A stretch of 64,000 bases of DNA from an uncultured delta proteobacterium. Lineage in GTDB: Bacteria; Desulfobacterota; Binatia; Binatales; Binataceae. Position numbers and translations under genes: made by a program. Where the stretch lies: assembly GCA_963717045.1 (NCBI GenBank), contig CAVQVD010000010.1, positions 406,255 through 470,254 on the forward strand. The letters run 5' to 3'. Positions 19,539-29,488 of the stretch are shown in pieces. Below the pieces are notes generated by a model. That model did not search any database. It had not been told where the DNA came from and saw nothing but the letters and a program-made list of their open reading frames with translations. Positions within the stretch are counted from its first letter, which is position 1. Each line of letters starts with the position of its first letter.

Positions 19539-20042
19539 ATGAACCCGCGTGATGTCGTCGCCGTTTCCGGGCGATCGGCTGTTACTGGCTCGCCGATCAA
19601 CAATAACGAGGCTGACTCCTCTTCATTCAAGGCTGCTCCGCCCGGCGAGCCGCCGGCGGCGGCAGGCGGGCTGAATCGGGCTGAGTCAGATACGCCCGGC
19701 AAGTGGCTTAAAATCGAACATCCCGCATCGGATCCCGGACACCGTATTTCTGAAGCGAATCAGGAGGTGCCGAAGGATGCTGCGCGAGGTGGAGCCTCGA
19801 CTAACGTCATGGTGGCTGTGGTGAAAGAGGGGCCCAAAGATTTGTGGCCGCTCACGCTCGACGAGATTATCAAGCAGACCTTGGTTCGCCTGCTGAGCGA
19901 GACCGGAGGTAATCGCCGCCGCACGGCCAGTGTGCTTGGAATCTCGCGCTCGACCCTGTACCGCATGATCGCGCGCTACGGTCTCGATCATGTCGGACGC
20001 TCGGCGCTCTCGCCCAGGTCTATTATCGGTCCGCCGGTGTAG
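19539..20042 (+). CDS. Fis-family HTH DNA-binding protein (NtrC C-terminal-like HTH)
   Basis: C-terminal LDEIIKQTLVRLLSETGGNRRRTASVLGISRSTLYRMIARYGL. The long low-complexity N-terminus suggests the real start may be ATG 19809. Confidence 0.5.
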   Translation: MNPRDVVAVSGRSAVTGSPINNNEADSSSFKAAPPGEPPAAAGGLNRAESDTPGKWLKIEHPASDPGHRISEANQEVPKDAARGGASTNVMVAVVKEGPKDLWPLTLDEIIKQTLVRLLSETGGNRRRTASVLGISRSTLYRMIARYGLDHVGRSALSPRSIIGPPV

Positions 20043-20234
20043 CCGACATAACCCATTCACGCCCGCCGCAGCCATCGGCACCGCTCTCCTAGGCAGCGCG
20101 GGCCGGTAGAAACGGCGGCGACTTTCGATCCACAATAAGCAACGAGATACCGCGATGCTCCGCAAGATGGCGAAGCATCCAGCCGTGTCGCGTGTCCTGC
20201 GCGCACGCCGCATCGAAGGAACTCTCGGGAGCAG

Positions 20235-21410
20235 GTGAGCATGATCGGGCCGGAAGAGATTTGGGCCGAAGCGGTACGGACGCTGGAGCGCGACAAGCCG
20301 TTCGCGCTGGCCACCGTGGTTAACGTGCGCGGTTCGACCCCGCGCGAGGTCGGGGCCAAGATGATCGTTCGCGACGACGGTCAGTTCGGAACCATCGGCG
20401 GCGGCTGCGGCGAGGCCGAGGTCTTTCGCAAAGCTCGCGTATTACTTGAAGATGGTGGCGAAGCCCGACTCGCCGAGGTTGATCTCACCGGCGACTTCGA
20501 CCAGCAGCAGATCGGCACCTGTGGCGGCATCATGGACGTTTTCATCGACCTGTGGCGGCCCCGTGCGGACCTCGAGATCGCGCGCCGCCTGGCAGACGCG
20601 GCGGACCATAATAAGCCGGCGGCGCTGCTGACGGTAATCGATCCAGGACGCTCGCACGGGGCCGCATCGACGGCGAAGGTTGGTGAGCGCACGGTGGTCG
20701 ACGTATCGCGCCGCGCAGCGCCGGTCGACGGTTTCGCGGGTCTCGATGCGGCGGCGGTGCAGCAGCTGGGCGAGCGCACCGCCGATGCAGTGGCGGCGAT
20801 GTTCGAGGTCAGCGCCGACGGTGCGGTGCGGCCAGCCACGCGCGTCGAGCCGAGCGGTGCGCCGCGGGTTTTTCTCGATCCGATCACAGGCGCGCAGCGC
20901 TTGATTATTGTCGGCGCTGGGCACATCGCGCAGCCGCTCGCGCAACTCGGCACGATGCTGGGATTCCATGTCACAGTGATCGACGACCGCGCCGCCTTTG
21001 CCAACCGCGAGCGCTTTCCAAGCGCCGATCAGATAATCGTGCGGCCGTTCGCCGCGGCCATCGAGGCGCTGGAACTGGACCGCCACTGCTACCTGCTGTC
21101 GGTGACCCGCGGCCACGCTTTCGACGAGGAGGTCCTGCGCACCGCGCTCAAACGGCGCAACGGCGCTTTCATCGGCATGATTGGTTCGCGGCGTCGCGTA
21201 CGGGCGACTCTCGAGCGCATCGCCGAAGACGGCATTCCCGCCTCTGAGTTAGGCCAGGTCCATGCCCCGCTTGGCGTCGATCTAGGTGCCGAGACGCCGG
21301 CGGAGATCGCCATTTCAATAATCGGCGAGGTGATTCGCGAGCGTCGCACAGGGGCGCGCGACCCGTTCAACCTGGGGGTCAAGCTCGGGCAGTTGCGGCG
21401 CTCGGAGTGA
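20235..21410 (+). CDS. xdhC: XdhC/CoxI-family Mo-cofactor insertion chaperone
   Basis: 391 aa; XdhC_CoxI N-domain (ALATVVNVRGSTPREVGAKMIV..GTIGGGCGE) plus a Rossmann XdhC_C domain (IIVGAGHIAQPLA). Confidence 0.8.
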   Translation: MSMIGPEEIWAEAVRTLERDKPFALATVVNVRGSTPREVGAKMIVRDDGQFGTIGGGCGEAEVFRKARVLLEDGGEARLAEVDLTGDFDQQQIGTCGGIMDVFIDLWRPRADLEIARRLADAADHNKPAALLTVIDPGRSHGAASTAKVGERTVVDVSRRAAPVDGFAGLDAAAVQQLGERTADAVAAMFEVSADGAVRPATRVEPSGAPRVFLDPITGAQRLIIVGAGHIAQPLAQLGTMLGFHVTVIDDRAAFANRERFPSADQIIVRPFAAAIEALELDRHCYLLSVTRGHAFDEEVLRTALKRRNGAFIGMIGSRRRVRATLERIAEDGIPASELGQVHAPLGVDLGAETPAEIAISIIGEVIRERRTGARDPFNLGVKLGQLRRSE

Positions 21411-22073
21411 GCGCGCTGGTGCGGAGCGATTTCCCGGTGGCTGCAAGCGAATCGTCGGGCAGACGCGCCGCGCCGGTGGGAGGGATTTTGCTGGCGGCCG
21501 GAGAATCGCGCCGGATGGGCTATCCGAAGCCGCTGCTGAAGCTGGGCTCGCGCACCTTTATCGAAATTCTGGCCGATGCGATGCTCCAGAGCGTCGCGCG
21601 GCTCATAGTGGTGGTCGGCGCGCATGCAGAGGTGGTGCGCGGCGCCATTCCCGCCGATCCGCGAATCGAGGTGATCGAAAACCCCGGCTATCTTCGCGGA
21701 CAGCTTTCGTCGATTAAAGCCGCGCTACCTCATGTCGGCACCGAACGTGGGCGGCGTGCTAATCCACTTGGCGGACCATCCGATGGTCCGGGCGGAGACG
21801 TTCGCTTCGGTGATTGAAGCTTATCGGCGCCTCGCTACACCGATAGCGATCGCGAGCTACCAAGGGCGCCGCGGACATCCCGTGCTGTTCGCCCGCGAAT
21901 TGTTCGTTGAGCTTGCGGCCGCGCCCGAAGACCAGGGCGCCCGAGCGGTCGTGGCTGCTGACCCGGCTCGCGTCGCCTACGTCGACGTTGATGATCCCGG
22001 GATACTGATGGATCTAGATACGCCAGAAGACCTGGAGCGGGCCGGTCTCGGCCGGCCGCCGCGGCAGACCTAG
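21407..22073 (+). CDS. mocA: MocA/MobA-like molybdenum cofactor nucleotidyltransferase, split by a frameshift near 21730-21750 into ORFs 21407-21817 and 21732-22073
   Basis: N-part GGILLAAGESRRMGYPKPLL...GQLSSIKAAL. C-part (other frame) NVGGVLIHLADHPMV...GRRGHPVLF...DVDDPG..DLDTPEDL. Together they reconstitute a full MocA. Confidence 0.6.
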
Positions 22074-22147
22074 TATCAGGCAGGCGCAGTAGGTGGCGCT
22101 AAGAGAGGCTAGGAGGATGGATTGCGCGCAAAGCGGGCACTTTTCGG

Positions 22148-22173
22148 TGTAACCATGGGACAGGGCCGTCGTA
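22148..22173 (+). promoter_or_regulatory. ECF-type promoter motif TGTAAC-N16-CGTA upstream of the ECF sigma gene
   Basis: Matches SigW/ECF consensus TGAAAC-N16-CGTA, ~14 nt upstream of the sigma start codon. ECF sigmas are commonly autoregulated. Confidence 0.4.
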
Positions 22174-22186
22174 CTTTCTATCAGAT

Positions 22187-22828
22187 ATGCGTGGCGCCCT
22201 CGCATTCAAACGATTCGCACGTAGCGTGTCAGAGCCATCGGACCAGGATCTGGTAGCCGGGGCGCTCAGTGGCGAGTCCGCAGCCTTCGCGGAGCTCGCC
22301 ACGCGCCATCGCTCACGCGTCGAGCGCATCTGCCAGCGTTTTTTTTCCGATGCGGAGCAGGTGCGCGACCTGGCCCAGGAAACCTTCATTCACGCTTACG
22401 GCGGTCTGAAGGGATACCGCGCCGAAATCCCGTTCGGCGCCTGGTTGCGCGCTATCGCGACCAACCTGTGCTATGACGAATTGCGCCGGCGCAGGCGCCG
22501 CCCCGAAGAGCTGGTGGCCGACTTCAGCGCGCCCGAGGCGAACTGGCTCGGGTTGGTCAATACGGCCACGCCCGAGCAGTTGGTCGAAGCGGCCGAGGAA
22601 CGGCGGGAGGCCAAGACGCTGGCCGACAAGCTACTCGGAACGCTGCGGCCCGAGGACCGATTGGTATTGACCTTGCAAAATGGCGAGGATCTGAGCGTTA
22701 GCGAAATTGCCGCGATTGTCGGCTGGAGCGAAGCTAAGGTTAAGATTCGCGCCTTTCGGGCGCGACAGGCGTTGCGCCGTCAGGCCGCGCGCCTGGTGCG
22801 CCCGAGCAAGGCGGAGAGTGAACGATGA
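22187..22828 (+). CDS. RNA polymerase ECF sigma factor (sigma-70 regions 2 and 4)
   Basis: Region 2 (FIHAYGGLKGYRAEIPFGAWLRAIATNLCYDELRRRRR) and region 4 HTH (LSVSEIAAIVGWSEAKVKIRAFRARQAL). Confidence 0.85.
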   Translation: MRGALAFKRFARSVSEPSDQDLVAGALSGESAAFAELATRHRSRVERICQRFFSDAEQVRDLAQETFIHAYGGLKGYRAEIPFGAWLRAIATNLCYDELRRRRRRPEELVADFSAPEANWLGLVNTATPEQLVEAAEERREAKTLADKLLGTLRPEDRLVLTLQNGEDLSVSEIAAIVGWSEAKVKIRAFRARQALRRQAARLVRPSKAESER

Positions 22829-23364
22829 ACTGTTTTGAAGCACGTCAGGATTTCGTGGGTTTTTGGCAGCGCGCACTCGACGGCGAACGCCGCCGCGAGT
22901 TGCTCGCGCACCTCAAGGGATGCTCCAAGTGCGACCGGGCATTTCGCGCCTTTGCGCTGACTGCGCCGATGCTCCATTCGGGGGGCGCTGCGACGGCCAA
23001 GGCCGGCGTCAGTGCTGCGCCGCATATCGCTCACGGAATTTCCACCAACTTTCACGTCAACCTGAACGGAGTTCGCAGTGCCGACACTCAGCGTGCGGCT
23101 GAGATCGTACAACGGGCCTCCGTCTATCGGCTCGCGGAGCGCCGTCCATCGCGCGGGTGGCGTGAGGCTGTGGCGGGAGTGTCGGCGGTTGCGGCGGCGA
23201 TGATGCTCGTTTACTTTTCAGTGGCCGCGCCATCGCAGTCCTTCGACGAAGCCCTGATTAGCTCGGATTCGATTTCCCAAACAGGCGTACCACAGCCGGA
23301 CTCGGATTTCCTCGGGCAGCAGATACCCTCGATGCCCGCCGTGGGCAATGATCTTGCCGGATAG
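22825..23364 (+). CDS. anti-sigma factor (ZAS-type HxxxCxxC, single TM)
   Basis: ATGA overlap with the sigma gene. LAHLKGCSKCD zinc motif and TM segment AVAGVSAVAAAMMLVYFSV. Confidence 0.7.
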   Translation: MNCFEARQDFVGFWQRALDGERRRELLAHLKGCSKCDRAFRAFALTAPMLHSGGAATAKAGVSAAPHIAHGISTNFHVNLNGVRSADTQRAAEIVQRASVYRLAERRPSRGWREAVAGVSAVAAAMMLVYFSVAAPSQSFDEALISSDSISQTGVPQPDSDFLGQQIPSMPAVGNDLAG

Positions 23365-23752
23365 GCGCAAAGGCTGGCTCCTGGCGGCGGTGGCGCTTGC
23401 GAGCCTGGCGATCGGATTCGCCGCGAGCAGCTTTGCCTACCGTCACCGATGGTTGAGCGTTTCGCATGGGCCGTTCATCGAACGGATGCAGCACGAGCTG
23501 AATCTGACGCCTCAGCAGCGTGATAAAGTCCTTGCGATCATAAACGAGACGCGCTCGAAAGTTATGAACCTGCGCGAGGACTTCCAACGCCAGCGCCGCG
23601 AGCAGATGATGCAGGCCCGGGCGCGCGTACGTGCCCTGCTAACGCCGGAGCAGCAGGAAAAATTCGATCGCGGGTTCAAGCCGCCTCCCGACCGCGACCA
23701 TGAAGGCGGCCCCGGGCCGCATGGCGGCGAGGGCGAACCGCACGGCGACTGA
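23348..23752 (+). CDS. periplasmic Spy/CpxP/ZraP-like protein (LTxxQ motifs)
   Basis: Signal/TM WLLAAVALASLAIGFAASSFA, then LTPQQRDKV and LTPEQQEKF repeats. Overlaps the anti-sigma end by 17 bp. Confidence 0.6.
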   Translation: MILPDRRKGWLLAAVALASLAIGFAASSFAYRHRWLSVSHGPFIERMQHELNLTPQQRDKVLAIINETRSKVMNLREDFQRQRREQMMQARARVRALLTPEQQEKFDRGFKPPPDRDHEGGPGPHGGEGEPHGD

Positions 23753-23800
23753 CCTCACGAGAACGCCGCCCCCCCTCAGTAGTCCTCCGTAAGTACGCTT

Positions 23801-24388
23801 TTACATAGGGCCCAGGTCGCCCATCACCTTACGTGCTTCTGCCGCCACCGCGGGATTCTTGGCGCTCTTGCTCATGGCCTGATTGAGATAGTGGGCCGCT
23901 TGCTCGCGATCGCCCATCTGCGCGTAAACCTCGCCCAGCCTGAGCGCCGCGAATCCGGAGCCCTGATCGATTTGAAAAGCCTTCTGATAATACGGAAGCG
24001 CGTCGGCTGCCCTGGGCGGCGTGAACGACATGTAGGCCTCGCCTATGTTGAGATAGGCGCTTAGCGAGTTGGGTTCGTACTTGATCAGTCGCTTGTAAAC
24101 GGAGACGACTTGGTCGAACTGCGATCGCGAGTTGTAGTACAAGCCCAAGTAGACGTACGGGTCCTCCAGTGTCGGGTCGATATCGCTCGCCTGCCATAGC
24201 AGTTTTACGGCCTGCTGGCTGTCGGTCATGTTGATGGCGGCCTCGACCAGCGAGCGCGCCTTGGCCGCGTTGGCTTCATCCGCGCGCGCAATTGCTCCAC
24301 CGCTCGGCGCAATCACTCTCGCAAGGCCGAGCAGTCCCGCTAGAGCCAGCAAAGCCAGCCTCGTACCGATTCGCATTGAATTGGTCAT
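23801..24388 (-). CDS. secreted TPR-repeat protein
   Basis: 195 aa, MTNSMRIGTRLALLALAGLLGLARVIA signal peptide, then TPR units (YVYLGLYYNSRSQFDQVVSVYKRLIKYEPNS...). It is the C-terminal part of a spurious 656-aa ORF. Confidence 0.65.
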   Translation of the reverse strand: MTNSMRIGTRLALLALAGLLGLARVIAPSGGAIARADEANAAKARSLVEAAINMTDSQQAVKLLWQASDIDPTLEDPYVYLGLYYNSRSQFDQVVSVYKRLIKYEPNSLSAYLNIGEAYMSFTPPRAADALPYYQKAFQIDQGSGFAALRLGEVYAQMGDREQAAHYLNQAMSKSAKNPAVAAEARKVMGDLGPM

Positions 24389-24601
24389 ACCCGCCACTGA
24401 TAGAATCGTGGCACGCAAAGTTATGTCTTGCAAAGCCGCCGGCCCAGCCGCGGATGAAGGAAAGGATCGACATTTCCAGGATGGAACCTCCCAAGGTCGA
24501 GCAACGTCAGCAAAGTTAGAACGACCAGAAAATTCAAGGGCGCAGGTATCGAGCTCAATTGCGTCGACTACGGCGGTGAGGGAAAGCCGCCGATACTGCT
24601 G

Positions 24602-25345
24602 GTGCATGGCGGCGCCGCGCACGCCCGATGGTGGGATTTCGTCGCGCCCGCGCTGACCGGACGCTTCCATGTGCTGGCGCTCGACCAGCGCGGACACGGC
24701 GACAGCCCATGGACCGGGCAATGGGCTTATGGCTCGCGCCATTACGCCGCCGACCTCGAGGCCGTGATAGGTGGATGGGGTCTGGGAGCGCCGGTGCTGG
24801 TGGGCCACTCGATGGGCGGTCATAGCGTGATGGTTTATGCGGCCGAGCACAGCGAGCAACTGCGCGCAGTGGTTACGATCGACTCGATCCCGGCCTACCC
24901 GGCACATGCGATAGCGGCGCTGAGCGCGCTCGCCGACCGACCGGCTTCGGTGTACGGATCGCTGGACGAAGCGGTCGCCTCGTTCCGCCTGCTGCCCGCA
25001 GATACACTGGCGGCGCCCGAGGTTCTCCGCCACGTGGCGGAACTGAGCTTTCGTCAACGCGCAGACGGCAAATGGGTGCACAAGATGGACCGCCTCATTC
25101 TGCGGCGTGAGCCGATTCAGCTCGACCGCGAACTGGAGCGCATCCGATGCCCGGCGCTCCTGATCAAGGCGGCGCTGAGCCCGGTGCTCTCGGGCTCGTT
25201 CGCTCGCACGATGGCGGCGCGGATGGCGCAAGGGCGGATGGTCCAGCTCGAAAACTCCAACCATCACGCTCTGATCGACAATCCCTCGGGACTGGTAGCC
25301 ATAATGGCTCCTTTTCTCGCCAGTACCTTGGACGGGACCGCGTAA
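24602..25345 (+). CDS. alpha/beta-fold hydrolase (paralog A); true start unresolved
   Basis: HGGAAHARWW, LDQRGHGDS, GHSMGG. The conserved N-terminal region (GIELNCVDYGGEGKPPILLV) lies upstream of the first canonical start, with no ATG/GTG/TTG back to the stop at 24455. Confidence 0.7.
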   Translation: MHGGAAHARWWDFVAPALTGRFHVLALDQRGHGDSPWTGQWAYGSRHYAADLEAVIGGWGLGAPVLVGHSMGGHSVMVYAAEHSEQLRAVVTIDSIPAYPAHAIAALSALADRPASVYGSLDEAVASFRLLPADTLAAPEVLRHVAELSFRQRADGKWVHKMDRLILRREPIQLDRELERIRCPALLIKAALSPVLSGSFARTMAARMAQGRMVQLENSNHHALIDNPSGLVAIMAPFLASTLDGTA

Positions 25346-26188
25346 ATGAGCGAGCCGCTGAGCCACTTCACCAGCTCCGCGCCGCGTTTGCATTACCTGG
25401 AATGGAATCCCGGCGCGGCGCGCACAATAGTGCTGCTCCACGGCAATTCGGCCAACGCATGGTGGTGGCAGCCGCTCGCCGAAACGATGCGGGCGGCGGA
25501 CTTCCGCTCGCGCGCGGACTTTCGCCTGCTCGCACTCGACCAGCGCGGCCACGGCGATAGCGAATGGGTGCGGCCGCCGGTTTACGGCCCGCTGGAATAC
25601 GCGCACGATCTCGCGCGCTTCATCGCGGAATGCGCGCCGCCGCGGCCGTTCGTCGTCGGTCACAGCATGGGCGGAATAAGTGCGTTGACTTTCGCGGCCG
25701 AGTATCCGGGCGCTGCGCGCGCCGTGGTCGCGATCGACGCGGCGGTCACCTCCAACGATCGGCGCAACCACTACCTGCGCCGGCTCAAGGGTTTACCGAC
25801 CATCAACTACCCCGACCTCGAGACCGCGCTCGCACGATTTCGCCTGATGCCCAAAGAGGGCGAAATTGCGCCCGCGACGCTCCGGACAATCGCCGAGAAG
25901 AGCCTCGGGCAAACTTCCGAGGGCCGCTGGACAATGAAATTCGACCGCGAGAGCTTCCTTGGCAGCGACGGAATCGACGTGCTCGCGGCGATCGCGCGGA
26001 TTCGCGATCCACTGTTACTGGTTCGTGCAGAGCTGAGTCGCATCATGACCGCCGAGGCGGCCGGGCGCGCTCTCGCTTCCAATCCGATGGCCTCGCTGGT
26101 GACGATCGCGGGCGCGCATCATCACGTGCTCCTCGAGCAGCCGGCAGCGCTCGCGCGCACCATCGAGGAATTCATCGCGAGCGTGTAG
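25346..26188 (+). CDS. alpha/beta-fold hydrolase (paralog B)
   Basis: 280 aa; HGNSANAWWW, LDQRGHGDS, GHSMGG. Clear paralog of the preceding gene; starts directly after its TAA. Confidence 0.8.
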   Translation: MSEPLSHFTSSAPRLHYLEWNPGAARTIVLLHGNSANAWWWQPLAETMRAADFRSRADFRLLALDQRGHGDSEWVRPPVYGPLEYAHDLARFIAECAPPRPFVVGHSMGGISALTFAAEYPGAARAVVAIDAAVTSNDRRNHYLRRLKGLPTINYPDLETALARFRLMPKEGEIAPATLRTIAEKSLGQTSEGRWTMKFDRESFLGSDGIDVLAAIARIRDPLLLVRAELSRIMTAEAAGRALASNPMASLVTIAGAHHHVLLEQPAALARTIEEFIASV

Positions 26189-27382
<1,194 letters not shown>

Positions 27383-27442
27383 CTATTCCGATAGTGGGCG
27401 CCTCACGCATGACGCGACGATTCGCGCAATCGTGAGACGACA

Positions 27443-29488
27443 CTAATTACTGCGGCGAACGTTCCGCCTGCCAACATAATAACGAAAGGAACTATCGCAG
27501 CATTGTATCTCGACAAAAGATATTCCGACCAGGGCGGTGGAAAGAATATAGCCGGTGGGGATCAGCGCAAATGCCGCGAAGGTCGCTCGCTCTTTCAGCA
27601 TCGGGATCAGCGGGATGCTCGCGAGCGCTATCCATGGAATGTATCTCCATGCAACGCCGAAGGCATCTTCCAGACCTTTACGCCAAAGCAAACTGTTCAC
27701 ATTTGCCTGAAGTAGTGGCGAAGACTCCAGGTTATTGTCGTACTCAAAAGGCGTCGAGGCGTACGGCATAAACGTGACGGGATTCAGAAAGTATTGAATC
27801 CAGGTCTGCTGCAAAGAATAGGAGAGGTATTTCCACGGCGACAGATGAATGCCTTCTAGCGCTGTGCGTTTCATGAGCGCTTCTACTTGTGCATCAGTCA
27901 ACCCCTTCAGTTCGAGCAAGTTCTGGATTTTCCAATGCGGAACACCATAAGGATTGAGCGGCGCAATCAACTTCAGCAATCTGGAAGTGGCCGGCGCCTG
28001 CTTGTCCAATAGGCACTGATCGGTGATGACGCGATTGTACAGATGCCGCCCGACTGAATTACTCAGCGCGAAATTACCTGATCTGATACCGAACCAGAGG
28101 ATCGGCATCGCCAGAATGACGATGACAAGCGCGGCGACCGCGCTGAACCTTCGGAGACCGATTGCCCGAGGCTCCGCGCCAATCATAATAGCCAGCATCG
28201 CCGGCAGCGCCGCCGCATATGGTATGACCCGGGCGAGTGTAGCCCACGCCAGCAATGAGCCCGCCAAGATACCGTCGCGAAGCCGTCCGTGCTCACGATA
28301 GTTAAATGCGAAATAGAGCGCTCCCATCATTCCAAACAGCGCCACGTTTTCCGACAAAAGTCCCTGCGGCAGCACCAACGTCGGCGCCGCGCCGCCGATT
28401 ATCAACGCGGTAGCGAAAGAGATCGTCGTCCCGGCGCAGCGCTCGAGCAGCCTGTAAGACCACCAGATTGTCGCGATCATCATGATGTGCTGAAGCAGCG
28501 TGATGGCTGAACCAGTGAAGGTGCGCGAGACCAGATAGCCCAGCCCTACCAGGATTGGATACCCAGGCGGGAAATACGCTGGCATCCCGTGCAGGAAGTT
28601 CGTGTCCAGCGTGGGGAGTTGCTTTAGGCTGTCGGTGAGAAGGCCGACAGGTTGCGTCGCCCAGAAGAGGAGGTGAAGCGTGGCGAGGTACATTAATAGC
28701 CAGAGGTCGAGGCGCGGGCGGCGCATCCACGGCCGGATAGCCGCGGCGAGTACGACAAACATTATTAGCCATGCGACGAAAGATCCTCGGGGCCACCGCG
28801 TGGGCGCGGGCAGGTCCACCGCCACGAACCGCATGTAGCGGCCGCCGCGCTCGCAGCGGTCGTTCCACACCGCCTCGCGGCGGTTCTGCCACACCGCCTC
28901 GCGGCGGTTCTGCCACACCGCCTCGCGGCGATTCTGCCACACCGCCTCCCGGCGGTTCTGCCCTAGCGCCTCGGGTGTGGAGCCAACATAGCGGTAGATA
29001 CTCAGGTTGCCGCAATGCCCCAGCCGGTCGAACAGAATGACCGCGCTCCTCGCGTTGAAAGAGATCGATGCGGACTCCAGCGTATCGGGATGGCTTAAAG
29101 TCCGATCCCAATAGCTTACCCAAGCGCCCTTCAATTCTGTATTTTCCCTGCGTAGTGCTTTGCCATCAGCGAGGAGCCTGGTAATCAAAATTCCATTGGC
29201 GGGAGCCTTTGCCGATCCGGACACCAGGATGGTGAACCGCTGCTCCTCTTGCGGAGTCTTGTGTGTTACTCCGCTGAGGCAGAGTGAAGCTGACCAGGCG
29301 AGAAGAATCGTTGAGGCCGCGGTGAACAGAGCAATCGCCAGGGCATTGACCCCCAACGGTTCGCGCGACGCCGAGGTGCGAAAAAATCCGCCGAGACGCC
29401 TCAGTGAAGGAAAGTAGGAGCGCGTTCTATCCGTCGCCTTTCTACACCCCGCCGAACCAGTCATAGCCCTGGTCTTCCCAATAGCCAC
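27443..29488 (-). CDS. large polytopic membrane protein, GT-C-like (possible PMT/ArnT-type glycosyltransferase) with an N-terminal soluble region and an internal 8-aa tandem repeat
   Basis: 681 aa; ~10 predicted TM helices in the middle, C-terminal soluble domain; (EAVWQNRR)x4 encoded by the 24-bp repeat. Family assignment is tentative. Confidence 0.5.
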   Translation of the reverse strand: MAIGKTRAMTGSAGCRKATDRTRSYFPSLRRLGGFFRTSASREPLGVNALAIALFTAASTILLAWSASLCLSGVTHKTPQEEQRFTILVSGSAKAPANGILITRLLADGKALRRENTELKGAWVSYWDRTLSHPDTLESASISFNARSAVILFDRLGHCGNLSIYRYVGSTPEALGQNRREAVWQNRREAVWQNRREAVWQNRREAVWNDRCERGGRYMRFVAVDLPAPTRWPRGSFVAWLIMFVVLAAAIRPWMRRPRLDLWLLMYLATLHLLFWATQPVGLLTDSLKQLPTLDTNFLHGMPAYFPPGYPILVGLGYLVSRTFTGSAITLLQHIMMIATIWWSYRLLERCAGTTISFATALIIGGAAPTLVLPQGLLSENVALFGMMGALYFAFNYREHGRLRDGILAGSLLAWATLARVIPYAAALPAMLAIMIGAEPRAIGLRRFSAVAALVIVILAMPILWFGIRSGNFALSNSVGRHLYNRVITDQCLLDKQAPATSRLLKLIAPLNPYGVPHWKIQNLLELKGLTDAQVEALMKRTALEGIHLSPWKYLSYSLQQTWIQYFLNPVTFMPYASTPFEYDNNLESSPLLQANVNSLLWRKGLEDAFGVAWRYIPWIALASIPLIPMLKERATFAAFALIPTGYILSTALVGISFVEIQCCDSSFRYYVGRRNVRRSN
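28856..28975. repeat. tandem 24-bp direct repeat (~5 copies, 3 perfect) inside the CDS, in frame
   Basis: GGCGGTTCTGCCACACCGCCTCGC repeated; flanking copies are degenerate. Confidence 0.9.

Noticed and set aside
23801-25771. 656-aa minus-strand ORF
   Set aside because: Only the C-terminal 195 aa (24388-23801) form a plausible protein (signal peptide plus TPR). The upstream 460 aa are Arg/Ala-rich and antisense to two well-supported alpha/beta-hydrolase genes, a typical high-GC antisense artefact.
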